A stretch of DNA of 64,000 nt from Candidatus Poribacteria bacterium (GCA_965208325.1 OZ242326.1:2847363-2911362); one strand, 5' to 3'; counted from the stretch's first letter, positions 51,649 through 61,936 are shown. The notes: generated by a model not told the origin, from the sequence alone. Program-made: numbers and translations.

Positions 51649-54417
51649 CTACTTCATAATCAGCATCTTCCGGCTAGCTGAAGAGATCGGGGTATGCAAT
51701 TTGTAAAAGTAAACACCAGAAGCAACCTGCTCACCCATGTTGTTACGGCCGTCCCAATACGCGGCACGCGCCCGGCTATGATAGAAACCTGCGGACTGAA
51801 AACCGACCGGCAGCGTGCGAACCAAATTACCCGTAGTATCGTATACGGATACCGTCACAGGACTATCTTCCGCGAGCTGATACGGTATCCACGTTTCCGG
51901 GTTAAACGGATTCGGGTAGTTCTGCAACAACTGCGTCAGTTTCGGTTTACCGATACCGTCAAGCCTGACGGACATTACGGCGTCTGCCAGGTGTTCAGTG
52001 GTCACTTTGAAACTTACGGCTTGAGATTCAACAACCCCGCCCGGTCCGATAACGTGCAACTCCACCACATCCCCGATCTCGACAACGCTCCGCCGCGACA
52101 GGTCCGCCGTTGCAACGGCGAAGTAATCGCCTTGCACCGGCGCAGCAATGGTGCTGTTTGTTCGCAAGTTACGGACGACAACGTGATAGCCGTCAAACGC
52201 GGGTTTAACTTCGTAGGTAGGGTTGGGTTCCCCAACCCTACCGCTTACAACGAACGCCCACGCGTTTTGAGCAACCCCCCTGTCCCCCCTTATCAAGGGG
52301 GTAATTGTGGGTGCCGCTGCGGTAGACTCTGTTTGATTTGTCCACGGCGCACCGACGAAGGCGAAATTGCGCGTTTCCGGGACATTGACGATATAACCGC
52401 CGCCGCCTTCGATTGAGAAGCCGTCGTTCGGCGCGCTTGGTGTCCAGGCGATGAAACGCTGGTTTGCCGCATCGATCGTAATAACGGTTGTCGCTCCTGT
52501 CAGCGCTGCGAGCGACTTGGCGCTCATGGTAGTTGGCGGCGCCAACGGCACGGAAATCATGTTCAATCCTTTCGCCAGCGTGACGCGGTAAGTGTTACCG
52601 AAATAATCACTCACTGCCTCGGCAACGGGTCTGGCGATAAACCCGTGCCTGCGTCCATCTACCGAGACGTAGTTTCCGACGACAGAGCCGTCCTGATTGA
52701 TATTCCACCCCTCCGTGCTGACGCTGCCCGGCACCTGTAATGCAGAGCGTCCACGCGCCGATCCGATATAGGTGCGTGGGACATCACCGATCCGTTTGGA
52801 GCGGGCAACGAAAATTCCTGCAGTGTTGATTGCATGGAAAAAATAGTATTCGAGGTTATCGGCATTTTCCAAGTCGATAGATGTAAATTGGCCGTGCGCA
52901 TGTATATATCCGTGATAAAGCCCCTGAGCGTCGACGTAACTCCCTACCAGCCGCCCGGCAGCCACAAAGTCCGCGAAGGTCTCCGAGGCGCCGGGGACTT
53001 CAATGACGGCATCGCCGGTGAATCCACGACGCACCCCTTGAGCGTCCGTGAAATTTCCTGTCAGCACACCTGTTTCATCAGAAATTCCGTATATCTCAGT
53101 TTCAACAGCACCGGGGAAATCGTATTGCGTAAGTACCCCGTTTTCCAAGATAACACCGTGAAATGACCCCTGGCTGTCTTGGTAATGTCCGGCGGCGCGG
53201 CCATCATTACCGAGTGCGTAGAAATAGGTGTTTTCCGCGTTCGGGAAATCGTACCTGGTAAAAACGCCGTCAATGAGCGTAAAGGCAACCATCTTTTGAC
53301 CGTGAGCACTCCTCGTGTAGCCGGCATAGTCCTCGAAGTCGCTGCTCGCAGTCAAATGTAGAAATTCTACCCCCGGCACATCAATACTCTCAAACGTATA
53401 GTCAGAGAAGGTCGGCTGCAGCGCAGGCGCCCCGGCGGGTCGGGCGATGAATCCGTATCTGCGTCCATCGGGTAGATTGTAGTATCCGACGACAGAGCCG
53501 TCCTGATTGATGTTCCAACCTTCCGTGCTCACGCTCTCCGGGAATTGTAATTCCACTCGCCCGCGGAATGTACTGACATGGGTGCGCGTGACATCACCGA
53601 CAAATTTGGAGCGGGTAACGTATACGCCCGCCTTGTTGATGCCGTGCACAAGAACGAATTCGATGTGTGCGGCGTTTGGGATGTCAACAGTCCGATACTC
53701 GCCATCCGGAGTAAGTACGTAAGTGTGATAGAGTCCGTCCATATCAATGTAACTGCCGACGAGCCGTCCTTCAGCCACAAAGTCGGCGAAGGTCTCTGCG
53801 GCACCGGGCACCTCAATGATGGTGTCCCCTGTGAACCCGCGCCGAACCCCATCAGCGGCGATAAAATTACCCGTCAGCGCACCTGTTTCATCAGAAATCC
53901 CGTATATCTCCGTTTCAACGGAGCCGGGGAAATCGTATTGCCGGAGTTCGCCATTTTCTAAGACGACACCGTGATATTGACCATCGCTATCTTCGTAGTG
54001 TCCCGCGGCTGTCCCGTCATTACCCAACGCATAGAAGTAGGTGTTCATTGAATCCGGGAAATCATGGCGCGTAAAAACGCCATCTATGAGCGTGAAGGCG
54101 ACCATTTTGCCGCCGTCCGTACTTTTCGTGTAGCCTGCATAGTCCTCGAATTCGCTGCTGGCGGTCAATGCTAAAAAGTCTACATCCGGAACTTCAATAC
54201 TCTCGAAGGTATAGTCGGCAGCGGTTTCAGTGTTGTCTTGTGCAGCCGTGTCTTTTAGGAACAAGGAATTGAGGCAAAAAAACAACGTAAACGCGTTAAA
54301 CAAGAAACTTTTTTTAATCTGAGTGGTTATCATGAAAAACTCCTTTTGCGTAAAACGTGATGGGTAATTCGTAATGAGTAAACGTAATGCGTAATGAGAA
54401 AAAGCAGATGCTGCCAA
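51649..54417 (-). CDS. Secreted HAF-like extracellular-repeat protein with a T9SS C-terminal sorting domain (paralog B); the probable start is the internal Met MITTQIKK
   Basis: Roughly 70 percent identical to 46963-49716 overall; 3' end and terminator about 90 percent identical at the nucleotide level. Confidence 0.7.
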   Translation of the reverse strand: MAASAFSHYALRLLITNYPSRFTQKEFFMITTQIKKSFLFNAFTLFFCLNSLFLKDTAAQDNTETAADYTFESIEVPDVDFLALTASSEFEDYAGYTKSTDGGKMVAFTLIDGVFTRHDFPDSMNTYFYALGNDGTAAGHYEDSDGQYHGVVLENGELRQYDFPGSVETEIYGISDETGALTGNFIAADGVRRGFTGDTIIEVPGAAETFADFVAEGRLVGSYIDMDGLYHTYVLTPDGEYRTVDIPNAAHIEFVLVHGINKAGVYVTRSKFVGDVTRTHVSTFRGRVELQFPESVSTEGWNINQDGSVVGYYNLPDGRRYGFIARPAGAPALQPTFSDYTFESIDVPGVEFLHLTASSDFEDYAGYTRSAHGQKMVAFTLIDGVFTRYDFPNAENTYFYALGNDGRAAGHYQDSQGSFHGVILENGVLTQYDFPGAVETEIYGISDETGVLTGNFTDAQGVRRGFTGDAVIEVPGASETFADFVAAGRLVGSYVDAQGLYHGYIHAHGQFTSIDLENADNLEYYFFHAINTAGIFVARSKRIGDVPRTYIGSARGRSALQVPGSVSTEGWNINQDGSVVGNYVSVDGRRHGFIARPVAEAVSDYFGNTYRVTLAKGLNMISVPLAPPTTMSAKSLAALTGATTVITIDAANQRFIAWTPSAPNDGFSIEGGGGYIVNVPETRNFAFVGAPWTNQTESTAAAPTITPLIRGDRGVAQNAWAFVVSGRVGEPNPTYEVKPAFDGYHVVVRNLRTNSTIAAPVQGDYFAVATADLSRRSVVEIGDVVELHVIGPGGVVESQAVSFKVTTEHLADAVMSVRLDGIGKPKLTQLLQNYPNPFNPETWIPYQLAEDSPVTVSVYDTTGNLVRTLPVGFQSAGFYHSRARAAYWDGRNNMGEQVASGVYFYKLHTPISSASRKMLIMK

Positions 54418-54440
54418 TTAGTGCTTTCATTTGATGCCCC

Positions 54441-54815
54441 TTACATCTGCGGTCTTTTACCGCGCCATTTAGGAATATTCGGGATGCTAGACGGATCCAC
54501 ATAGGGGGCGGGTTCTGAGAACAGGCGTCCGGGAACAGCGGGCGGTGCGCCGCCGTCAATGGAGCTGAGTCCCACGGGTAGCTTGGCAGTGTGCAGCGGG
54601 CGACGGGGTGGGGTTCTGAAATTTAAGTCGCCTTCTTCCTGCTGCGGTTTTTCCGGCTCTAATGGATGGCTGCGGATATGTGCTTCCATGAAAATCACGC
54701 TAATACCGCTCTTTTCGTTTAACGGGCCTTCTTTATCGTAGGCGGCGGCGAATATTACCCACAAGACGGTTGCGACGAACACAACCGCGATCAGGGCGCT
54801 AATCAACACTTTCAT
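54441..54815 (-). CDS. Hypothetical membrane-anchored Pro-rich protein
   Basis: N-terminal TM helix (LISALIAVVFVATVLWVIFAAAY); lies downstream of the TonB gene on the same strand. Confidence 0.3.
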   Translation of the reverse strand: MKVLISALIAVVFVATVLWVIFAAAYDKEGPLNEKSGISVIFMEAHIRSHPLEPEKPQQEEGDLNFRTPPRRPLHTAKLPVGLSSIDGGAPPAVPGRLFSEPAPYVDPSSIPNIPKWRGKRPQM

Positions 54816-54829
54816 TGTTTGCTTCCTAC

Positions 54830-55063
54830 TCAGAGAATACCTAGGATTTCTTCGGGGTCGTCGTTGGTATCACTATATGCAATCGTAATTTCACCGCCAG
54901 GGAGTGGGATTACGACATTTACACATCGCGGATCCCCGACCGATCTTTCAACAACCCTGCAAATGTCGACGATCAATTCATTTCCACTTAGGCGGGGACG
55001 GATTTCTATAAAATCGTCACCATTTCCGTACATCGATGGGTTTAAGTAGTTCATCTCTGGCAT
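54830..55063 (-). CDS. Hypothetical small protein
   Basis: ORF only. Confidence 0.25.
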   Translation of the reverse strand: MPEMNYLNPSMYGNGDDFIEIRPRLSGNELIVDICRVVERSVGDPRCVNVVIPLPGGEITIAYSDTNDDPEEILGIL

Positions 55064-55223
55064 AAAAACCTCCTCTTTTTGTGAAATGTCCGATAAGAGA
55101 CATATCGGACATTTTTTTCAGCGGAAAAATGGTGAGGGGGCGAGCCCTTTTTGGGCGAAAAAGCCCCGGTTAGTGTTTTGCCCGCGCCCAGCCCTTTAGA
55201 AGCGCGTATCTATCGACGAGTAT

Positions 55224-56165
55224 TTAATCCTCAATTTTGAACCGATACGGAATAATTATACGAATTGAGACCGGTTTACCGTCTTTTTGAGCCGGAGTAA
55301 ATCGTGACCGTTTCAACGCCTCAATTGCTTCTTCATCGCATCCATAGCCTAAAGGTTGGATAACCTCAATATCGCTTGCTTTGCCGTCAATTCCAATCGT
55401 GGCTTTTAACTTCACTACGCCTTCTTTTCCGGCATTCCGGGCGCGTTCCGGATACTTCGGCTTTGGTTTATGGACGGCTTTAGGCGGTACAGTGTTTTCC
55501 GTTATGTCCACGACGGGTACGTTGACAGTGTCGTCTAGCCCAATATCTGCGTCCGGGATGTCTGTCTCCATCTCGTTAAAAATTGATGGTCTGCCAGGTT
55601 TGGTGGGGGCAATCTTCGGCAATTCAGGTTCAATGCTTGGGCGTTCCCCTTCGGCGATTGGCGGCCTTTCAATTCTCGGTATCTCCGGCGGTGCATCAGG
55701 TGAGGCAATATCGAGATTATCTGAAGGGATAGTGATTTCGCCTGGGCCGGATGGAATATCCACCGGTTTTACCGGTTGACTGGGTTGGATAGTCTCAGTT
55801 TGCCGTATTTCGGGTTTAATTGTCTTGGCTTCACGCTCAGGTTCACGACGAATTGGTTTGATTTTCTCCGCATCAAACATATCAGCGACCACTACATCAT
55901 CATCGTGAATGGCGACATTTTTGGCAATGTGAAAAGCTACAAACAGCATGATGACCAAATGAAAAGCGAGAGATACAATCCACCCAAGAGATTTAGACAC
56001 GCGATTCCGCTTTCTTTGCCGCCGTTCTAAAATCGGCTGAACCGCAGGAATCGGGCGTTTGCGTTCATGATTTAGCGAATTCGACTTCGATTGAAATTCC
56101 TTGGTGTTTTCAACATTATGGTTGGACATGGTTCGAAAATCTCCTTTCTGTTTTGAGCGCATCAA
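55224..56165 (-). CDS. tonB: Energy transducer TonB
   Basis: N-terminal TM anchor; Pro/Glu-rich spacer (PEIPRIERPPIAEGERPSIEPELPKIAPTKP); C-terminal TonB_C domain (KPKYPERARNAGKEGVVKLKATIGIDGK...FTPAQKDGKPV). Confidence 0.75.
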   Translation of the reverse strand: MMRSKQKGDFRTMSNHNVENTKEFQSKSNSLNHERKRPIPAVQPILERRQRKRNRVSKSLGWIVSLAFHLVIMLFVAFHIAKNVAIHDDDVVVADMFDAEKIKPIRREPEREAKTIKPEIRQTETIQPSQPVKPVDIPSGPGEITIPSDNLDIASPDAPPEIPRIERPPIAEGERPSIEPELPKIAPTKPGRPSIFNEMETDIPDADIGLDDTVNVPVVDITENTVPPKAVHKPKPKYPERARNAGKEGVVKLKATIGIDGKASDIEVIQPLGYGCDEEAIEALKRSRFTPAQKDGKPVSIRIIIPYRFKIED

Positions 56166-56327
56166 GTTATTGACGGCGCTAGATTGTAATTCTACTTGAC
56201 TTTAAATTACCAGTAACCGAATGTCTTCTCCCTATGTGTCAATACTCGATCGAGGGTAACGAGAGCATCAGTCCTAACCGGTGCGGCGTAATGAGTAATG
56301 CGTAATACGTATTGCGTAATGAGTCTT

Positions 56328-56599
56328 TGTAGGTTGGGTTGAGCGGTGTAGACAACAAGGATTTCAATCCGTCGCGTGCGTTACGCGGTTTGATTTCGTT
56401 CGAATACATGATTGACCGAGCGTAACGTAACGCTTTTCGTATAGTCATATCGGTTCATATTTACGCGAGGAGGAATCGACCGATTAATTATCAAGGCTAG
56501 GAAGCCTATCCTACAAACCAATAGTAAAGGAATATTTTTAGATATAAAGACTATCGCCATCGCTATTCGCTCAGTCGATCGCTCAACCCAACCTACAAA
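56328..56599. mobile_element. MITE-like repeat, a full copy with terminal inverted repeats TGTAGGTTGGGTTGAGCGG / CGCTCAACCCAACCTACA
   Basis: Roughly 270 bp, non-coding, with a perfect 17-bp TIR; the internal consensus (gcgccgcgtgcgttac..ggtttgattgcgtta...ggagcgtaac...tcggttcatatttac..gaggaatcgac.gat..ataatcgaggctaggaagcct.tcc.acaaaccaatag) is shared by other copies. Confidence 0.8.
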
Positions 56600-56640
56600 T
56601 ACTGTTCGCCGGCAGGAGTTAGTCGAAATAGTCGAAATCG

Positions 56641-56904
56641 CTAGGTCGAACTTCCGAAGCTAACCAATACAAAGACAAGAAAAACTCCGACGATGAATCC
56701 GAATTCGTACCACCGGCCGTTGTTGTTTAATTCGTAGATGCCCACGTCTGTGAAGATGCTGGCGATTAAGGTGAAGACGCAAATCAAGCCGTGCCAAACT
56801 CCGCTGAAAAAGCCGGCGCGTTCGTAAGGAGTAGCGTCGCCGGGGAAACAGCTTGAGAATACAAACACAACGAGAAGTAGGGTTACCAATCTTAGGTATT
56901 TCAT
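56641..56904 (-). CDS. Small hypothetical membrane lipoprotein; the start is set at the internal Met MKYLRLV, since the 5' part of the ORF is a read-through of a MITE copy
   Basis: Signal peptide with the lipobox FSSCFPG plus two TM helices; the upstream ORF extension lies inside the repeat 56945-57142. Confidence 0.35.
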   Translation of the reverse strand: MKYLRLVTLLLVVFVFSSCFPGDATPYERAGFFSGVWHGLICVFTLIASIFTDVGIYELNNNGRWYEFGFIVGVFLVFVLVSFGSST

Positions 56905-56944
56905 GATTCCGCCTTTACTTTCTTCGCGTAAGGTTATCAGCTTT

Positions 56945-57142
56945 TGTAGGTTGGGGTAAGCGGTGTAGACAACAAAACATCGTAATGCCGCGTGGGTTAC
57001 ATGGTTTGATTGCGTTAAAAAATTTGATTGACGGAGCGTAACCCTACGGTTCTTGTAATAGCTATGTCGGTTGATATTTACACATTGGGGAAGCGACTGA
57101 TCGATAATCGAGGCTAGGAAGCCTGTCCCACAAACCAATAGG
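56945..57142. repeat. MITE-like repeat copy (left TIR plus core)
   Basis: Roughly 85 percent identical to 56328-56520. Confidence 0.8.
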
Positions 57143-57242
57143 CATCTGTAATGTTTTTTGTCGCAATGACCGTAAATTCAAAGTGAGTAATGAGTAAACG
57201 TAATGTGTAAAGCGTAATTAGTAATGCGTAATGAGCTTCTGC

Positions 57243-57328
57243 AGGTTGGGTTGAGTGGTGTAAACTACAAAAATCTCATAGTACCCGGTTTATTCGGTGT
57301 TATCCGCTTAACCCAACCTACAAAAACT
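57243..57328. repeat. Short (about 85 bp) MITE-like copy that retains both TIRs
   Basis: caggttgggttgagtgg ... cgcttaacccaacctacaaa. Confidence 0.7.
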
Positions 57329-57412
57329 GATTCTCTGAAGAAATAGCCCGCATTTCCGTGTCAAATTTCCAGCTGGATTTTCGCGGGTGTTTTTTTGCCC
57401 CCTCTAGCTCCC

Positions 57413-57647
57413 CCTTGTAAAGCTTACTATTACCCACATCTTAATGGAGGGTGCTAGAATCTGCGCACAACCCAACCTATAACCTCCCCTAACCCCGCCT
57501 TAGTAAGGAGGGGAATGATTATTGTAATGAGTCGACAAGGCGTTCTCACTGTAGGAGAGGCATCCCTGCCTCGACAATCGGCAGAAGGATTTCCCGCCCA
57601 CAGCGTGGCTCCGTGCGAATTTCTGGACTTGTGGGTAATAGTAAGCT
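57413..57647. mobile_element. A second, distinct 235-bp MITE-like element with perfect 16-bp TIRs (GCTTACTATTACCCAC / GTGGGTAATAGTAAGC), inserted inside another repeat
   Basis: The empty site is visible at 62184-62200 (cccccttgtaaa|ggggga); the filled site is cccccttgtaaa[g]-element-cttgtgaa|ggggga, implying a roughly 8-bp target duplication. Confidence 0.7.
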
Positions 57648-57821
57648 TGTGAAGGGGGAGAATTTTTTTTTGCCTCTTGTCGGTTCAGCGGTTCTGGAGG
57701 TGAAGACTTGAAGACTATCGACCTCCCTATTCGGTCGGTTGATCCTTCGCTATCCGCTCGGTTGATCCCAACCTAAAGAAATTCCAAGTTGAGTCGGGAG
57801 GAACCCCTCCCGAACTTCGGA

Positions 57822-57856
57822 AAGAGACCGAGTTTTGCAGAAAAAACTCGGTCTCT
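57822..57856 (-). terminator. Intrinsic terminator hairpin after the 57874-60162 gene
   Basis: Stem AGAGACCGAGTTTT/AAAACTCGGTCTCT with a loop GCAGAA (the third copy of this terminator type). Confidence 0.7.
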
Positions 57857-57873
57857 CTTGCCAATCTTGCAGT

Positions 57874-60162
57874 TTACTTGACGATTACCATCCGCCGTAA
57901 TGCGGTATACTCCCCCGCACGGAGTTGATAAAAATACAGACCACTCGCTACGTGCTCACCGAATTCGTTTGTACCATCCCAATACGCGGCTTTCGTCCTA
58001 TCCGTATAATTGCCCGCTGCTTGATGCCCTAAATCCAACCAGCGCACCAGCTCACCTTTGGAATCGTATATCGAAATTTGCACATCGGCGTGGTTCGACA
58101 GATGGTACGGTATCCACGTCTCAGGATTAAACGGATTCGGGAAATTCGGCAGCAGTTCAGCCGACTGCTGCGGCGCAGTGTCTCCACGTTCGATGACTTC
58201 GTCCGTGTCTTCCATATCCTCTAAATCGTCCAATGCCACACCCAAATCCCACAGGTGAATCACATTGTCGTAACCGCCGCTTGCAAGTATCCCGCCCCGG
58301 CTGACAGCTATACTCCGACCCCACTCGGTATGGCGTTCTAGCACGTGGAGCGGCGTGCCCGCTGCCGAGTCCCAAAGCCTGACGCTATTATCCTTACCCG
58401 TACTGGCAAGTATTTCACCATTCGGGTGGAATGCCGTGCTGAATACCCAGCCGGTATGCCCGGCAAGAACGCGGCTTGATTCTGTCTCGAGATTCCACAA
58501 CCGGACGCTGCCATCCGCGCCGGCACTGGCAAGCGTGTTGCCATCATCGAACGCGACGCTCAATACCTGTTCCTCATGTCCGGAGAATTCCTTTGTGATT
58601 TCACCGGTTTCAGGATTCCACAGCCGGACAATCGCATCGCCGCCGCTGCTGGCGAGCATGTCCCCGCTCGGATGGAAGGCGACGCTCCAGGCGCGAACCG
58701 AGTGCGCACGTATGCGATGCTTGCGCTCAACTCTACTCAAGTTGGAAATGTCCCAAATGGAAATATGCCCATACTCTGTCCCAGTTGCCAGGGTGTTCCC
58801 GTCCGGACTGAAGTCTATGCCCCAAACTGTACCGCCCGGTCTGATAATTCGTTTGATTCGCCCCGTATCAAGGTCCCACAACAACACTCTGGCATCCATG
58901 CCGCCGCTCGCCAATGTGTTGCCGTCCGGACTGAATGCAACCGAGCGCACCGAAAACCGATGACCTTCAAGCGTCCGTATGAGTTCCCGTGTTTCAACCT
59001 CCCACAACCGGACGGTTTTATCTTTGTGCGCACTGGCAAGGATTTCCCCGCTCGGACTGAAAGCGACGCCGTATACCCGCTGCGTCCCGGTATCGCCCGG
59101 ATTCGATGTAGCTTCAATTGTGTCAATGTATGTGGGTTCGGGAAATAACGGCGTTGCTGTAGCAGTAAACACAACCGTCTCATCTACTCCGGCGGCTGAC
59201 GCTTCCACGGCAAACTCGCCCGGACTATCACCAAGCGTGAGCCTGGCAGAGGCTTGCCCAGCGGCGTCTGTGGTGGACGTTGGATGGTTCAATGCGCCAA
59301 CCCCGGTGAGGACGGTAAAGGTGACGGTCGTGCCCGCTAGCGGGGCGTCGTACTGGTCGCTAACCTTTACGACAAACGGGTCTGCCAACACGCTGCCGAT
59401 GAGTCCCGTCTGGTTATCTCCGGAGATTTTCTCCAATCGCACCGCCTTCGGGCGTGAGGGGTCAACGGTTACGGTAAATTCTGTATAGATGTCGGGTGTA
59501 TCGCTTGGATAGGCTTTGACGATGTATTGTCCCGCTGCATCGGTGCCGAGGGTGAGCGTCGTCGTGGCGCGTCCATTTGCATCTGTCGTTGCCGTCACAG
59601 GATTCAACGATGCGCTGGATTCGTCTCCGGAGTCAATAGAAAAAGTCAAATCTACGTCCGGCATGGGGTTTCCGTCCGCATCCCGCAATTCGACAGTAAG
59701 TCTCTGGCTTTCCCCGGGGCTAGTGACATGATTGTCGTCCGAGACATTTACCAGTTTCGGCGATGGCGGAGTTGGACACGATGGCTTACCAGTTATTATA
59801 AAGTTAATATTAGAGGTGGGGCGGGGATCTCTAGTGAGCCGCACTGTGACTGTATATGTGCCGCAGGCATTCGCATTAAAGTGCAATTCAAACCATGCAC
59901 GGCCATCGTCATCAGTTGCGGATGGGGCAGACAGCGTCGCAGTCCCGTTGTTTGGACTGAGGCCCCACGTCAAGGCCCCTCCTATAGGGTTGCATGTGGG
60001 CGCGCAAAGCACCAGCCCGAATTCGTAGCGAACGCCCGGCCATCCGGGCTCAACTTGCAGGGTATGACTCTCACTGGCAACCGCACCTAACGGTACTGAG
60101 AGACAGATAAACAGTAGATAGATGAGACCAATTGTTTGCTTTTCGATAGGGGCGCTTGACAC
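57874..60162 (-). CDS. Secreted protein with bacterial Ig-like domains, a seven-bladed WD40 beta-propeller and a T9SS C-terminal sorting domain
   Basis: WD40 repeats (GH..V.SVAFSPDGNTLASGG.D..V.LWD); Ig-like N-terminal domains; C-terminal LLPNFPNPFNPETWIPYHL...YFYQLR...MVIVK. Confidence 0.8.
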   Translation of the reverse strand: MSSAPIEKQTIGLIYLLFICLSVPLGAVASESHTLQVEPGWPGVRYEFGLVLCAPTCNPIGGALTWGLSPNNGTATLSAPSATDDDGRAWFELHFNANACGTYTVTVRLTRDPRPTSNINFIITGKPSCPTPPSPKLVNVSDDNHVTSPGESQRLTVELRDADGNPMPDVDLTFSIDSGDESSASLNPVTATTDANGRATTTLTLGTDAAGQYIVKAYPSDTPDIYTEFTVTVDPSRPKAVRLEKISGDNQTGLIGSVLADPFVVKVSDQYDAPLAGTTVTFTVLTGVGALNHPTSTTDAAGQASARLTLGDSPGEFAVEASAAGVDETVVFTATATPLFPEPTYIDTIEATSNPGDTGTQRVYGVAFSPSGEILASAHKDKTVRLWEVETRELIRTLEGHRFSVRSVAFSPDGNTLASGGMDARVLLWDLDTGRIKRIIRPGGTVWGIDFSPDGNTLATGTEYGHISIWDISNLSRVERKHRIRAHSVRAWSVAFHPSGDMLASSGGDAIVRLWNPETGEITKEFSGHEEQVLSVAFDDGNTLASAGADGSVRLWNLETESSRVLAGHTGWVFSTAFHPNGEILASTGKDNSVRLWDSAAGTPLHVLERHTEWGRSIAVSRGGILASGGYDNVIHLWDLGVALDDLEDMEDTDEVIERGDTAPQQSAELLPNFPNPFNPETWIPYHLSNHADVQISIYDSKGELVRWLDLGHQAAGNYTDRTKAAYWDGTNEFGEHVASGLYFYQLRAGEYTALRRMVIVK

Positions 60163-60964
60163 TTGAGAGTCTCCGATTCAACACGATCCAATAACTACTG
60201 GCAGTGGATTGACAAACTGCATTGCCTTAGATTGGATATCTATAGTCATTTGTGAGTAATGCGTAAAACGTAAAGCGTAATGAGAAAAAGCGTTGGGTTA
60301 GGCTTTGCGATTCTTGCCAAGAGCGGCGTCATATTTTAGGAATGGTAGACTATGCTTTGTGCGCATTCGGCATTTTCCGCTTTACCCAACCTACAAAATC
60401 TCGTCATCAAAAATTCCTCCTTTCTTTATTCTAGCAGTCCGTTCTTGATTGCATCAGGAAGTGCAATTTAATCAATCTGAGCCGCCTTTTTAATATACGA
60501 CCAGGCTGATTTACTGATTTAGGCGACGGGCTTTTGCTGGCGGAAAGGATGGGGTGCTGTAAACCCCAAAAAGCGCCAGCTGCCCGTCATTTAGACCTTA
60601 GGATTGTTTTTGATCGCACCGGGGAGTGCAATAGTCGCATTGTGGGCGAATTGTGGATAACTTTGCACGCTCTCGGTTATTTCACGTGTTCACTTTTTGA
60701 CCTCCTGAAACGCCTCTTGAACGCCGAACGGCACGCATTGATTCCAATTGAAACACCAGCACATCAAACGGCCGAACAGTTCCTCGTTCTCTAATATTTC
60801 GCCGGATTCGATTGCGCGAACAACTTCCTGCGCTTGACCCATTGGAACGCTATCAGAATTCGACATTACTCACTCCGTGTGTTCTTGGTTAGGCTATGTA
60901 ATTTCAAAGAGTTCTACAGGCGCAACGCGGACGGCGGCGGCAAGTTGGCGCGTGCGCGGTGATG

Positions 60965-61936
60965 CTACCATTCAACCGGTTCCGTGAGGGAAGCGTTTCC
61001 ATCTTTTAACTCATTCCTGGCTCTAAACCGCCCGTATCTAGCGTACTTAAAACCCGGTCTCAGACGTATCGCCTCATCGAAGTCTTGAATCGCGGCGGCG
61101 TATTGTTCCAGTTCATATTTCGCCCTACCCCGATAACAATACGCGTCGGCATAATCCGGTGTCATGCGAATCGCCTCGGTATAGTCGTGAACGCTAGCCG
61201 CATAATGTCCTATCTCATACTTCGCCCTACCACGCCAGTAGTAGGCGTCAACATAATCCCGTTCCAAGCGTATCACTTCGTCGTAGTCGTGAACACAAGC
61301 AGCATATTGTCCTAACTTAAACTTTGCCGTACCTCGCCAGTAATAATAAGCAGCAACATTATCTTCATGCCTAATCGCAGCGTCGAAGTCCGCCAGCGAT
61401 GCGGAATATTGTCTTAGCTTATACTTTGCCCTGCCGCGCCAATAATGGCAGTCATCTAAATGACTAAGACTGAGTCGTATAGCGGCGTCAAAGTCTGGAA
61501 TCGATGCGGCGTATTGTCTAAAGGCGTATTTCGCTACGCCGCAGGCGTAGTAAGCGTCCGCAAATTTTGGATTAAATAGAATCGCAGCATCGAATTCCGC
61601 AATCGCATCAGCGTATTGCTCGAGTTCATACATTTGCGCACCATGCTCAAAATAACGAATGGCATGGGATTCTCTATGCAGTTGGTGCGTCCGAGTTCTT
61701 GACGGACGGTCTCTTTCCGGTCGCGGACTTTCCTCCTTTGCGGGTTTGCCTTTCACAAGTTGATTGGTAATTACTTCGTATGCGTTTTGGACAAGTATAA
61801 AGCGAAGTTTTGCACCGGAGGACGGATCCTTGTCCGGGTGCATGACTTTCACGCGGTCACGATAGGCTTTCTTGGCATCGTCTAGTGTCGCATTGGATAC
61901 CAGCCCCAAAATGCGAAATGCTTCCTTTCGTGTCAT
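60965..61936 (-). CDS. DnaJ (J-domain) protein with TPR repeats
   Basis: N-terminal J domain with an HPD motif (KKAYRDRVKVMHPDK); then at least seven TPR-like repeats (AYYWRGRAKY.LGQYAA...DFDEAIRL). Confidence 0.8.
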   Translation of the reverse strand: MTRKEAFRILGLVSNATLDDAKKAYRDRVKVMHPDKDPSSGAKLRFILVQNAYEVITNQLVKGKPAKEESPRPERDRPSRTRTHQLHRESHAIRYFEHGAQMYELEQYADAIAEFDAAILFNPKFADAYYACGVAKYAFRQYAASIPDFDAAIRLSLSHLDDCHYWRGRAKYKLRQYSASLADFDAAIRHEDNVAAYYYWRGTAKFKLGQYAACVHDYDEVIRLERDYVDAYYWRGRAKYEIGHYAASVHDYTEAIRMTPDYADAYCYRGRAKYELEQYAAAIQDFDEAIRLRPGFKYARYGRFRARNELKDGNASLTEPVEW

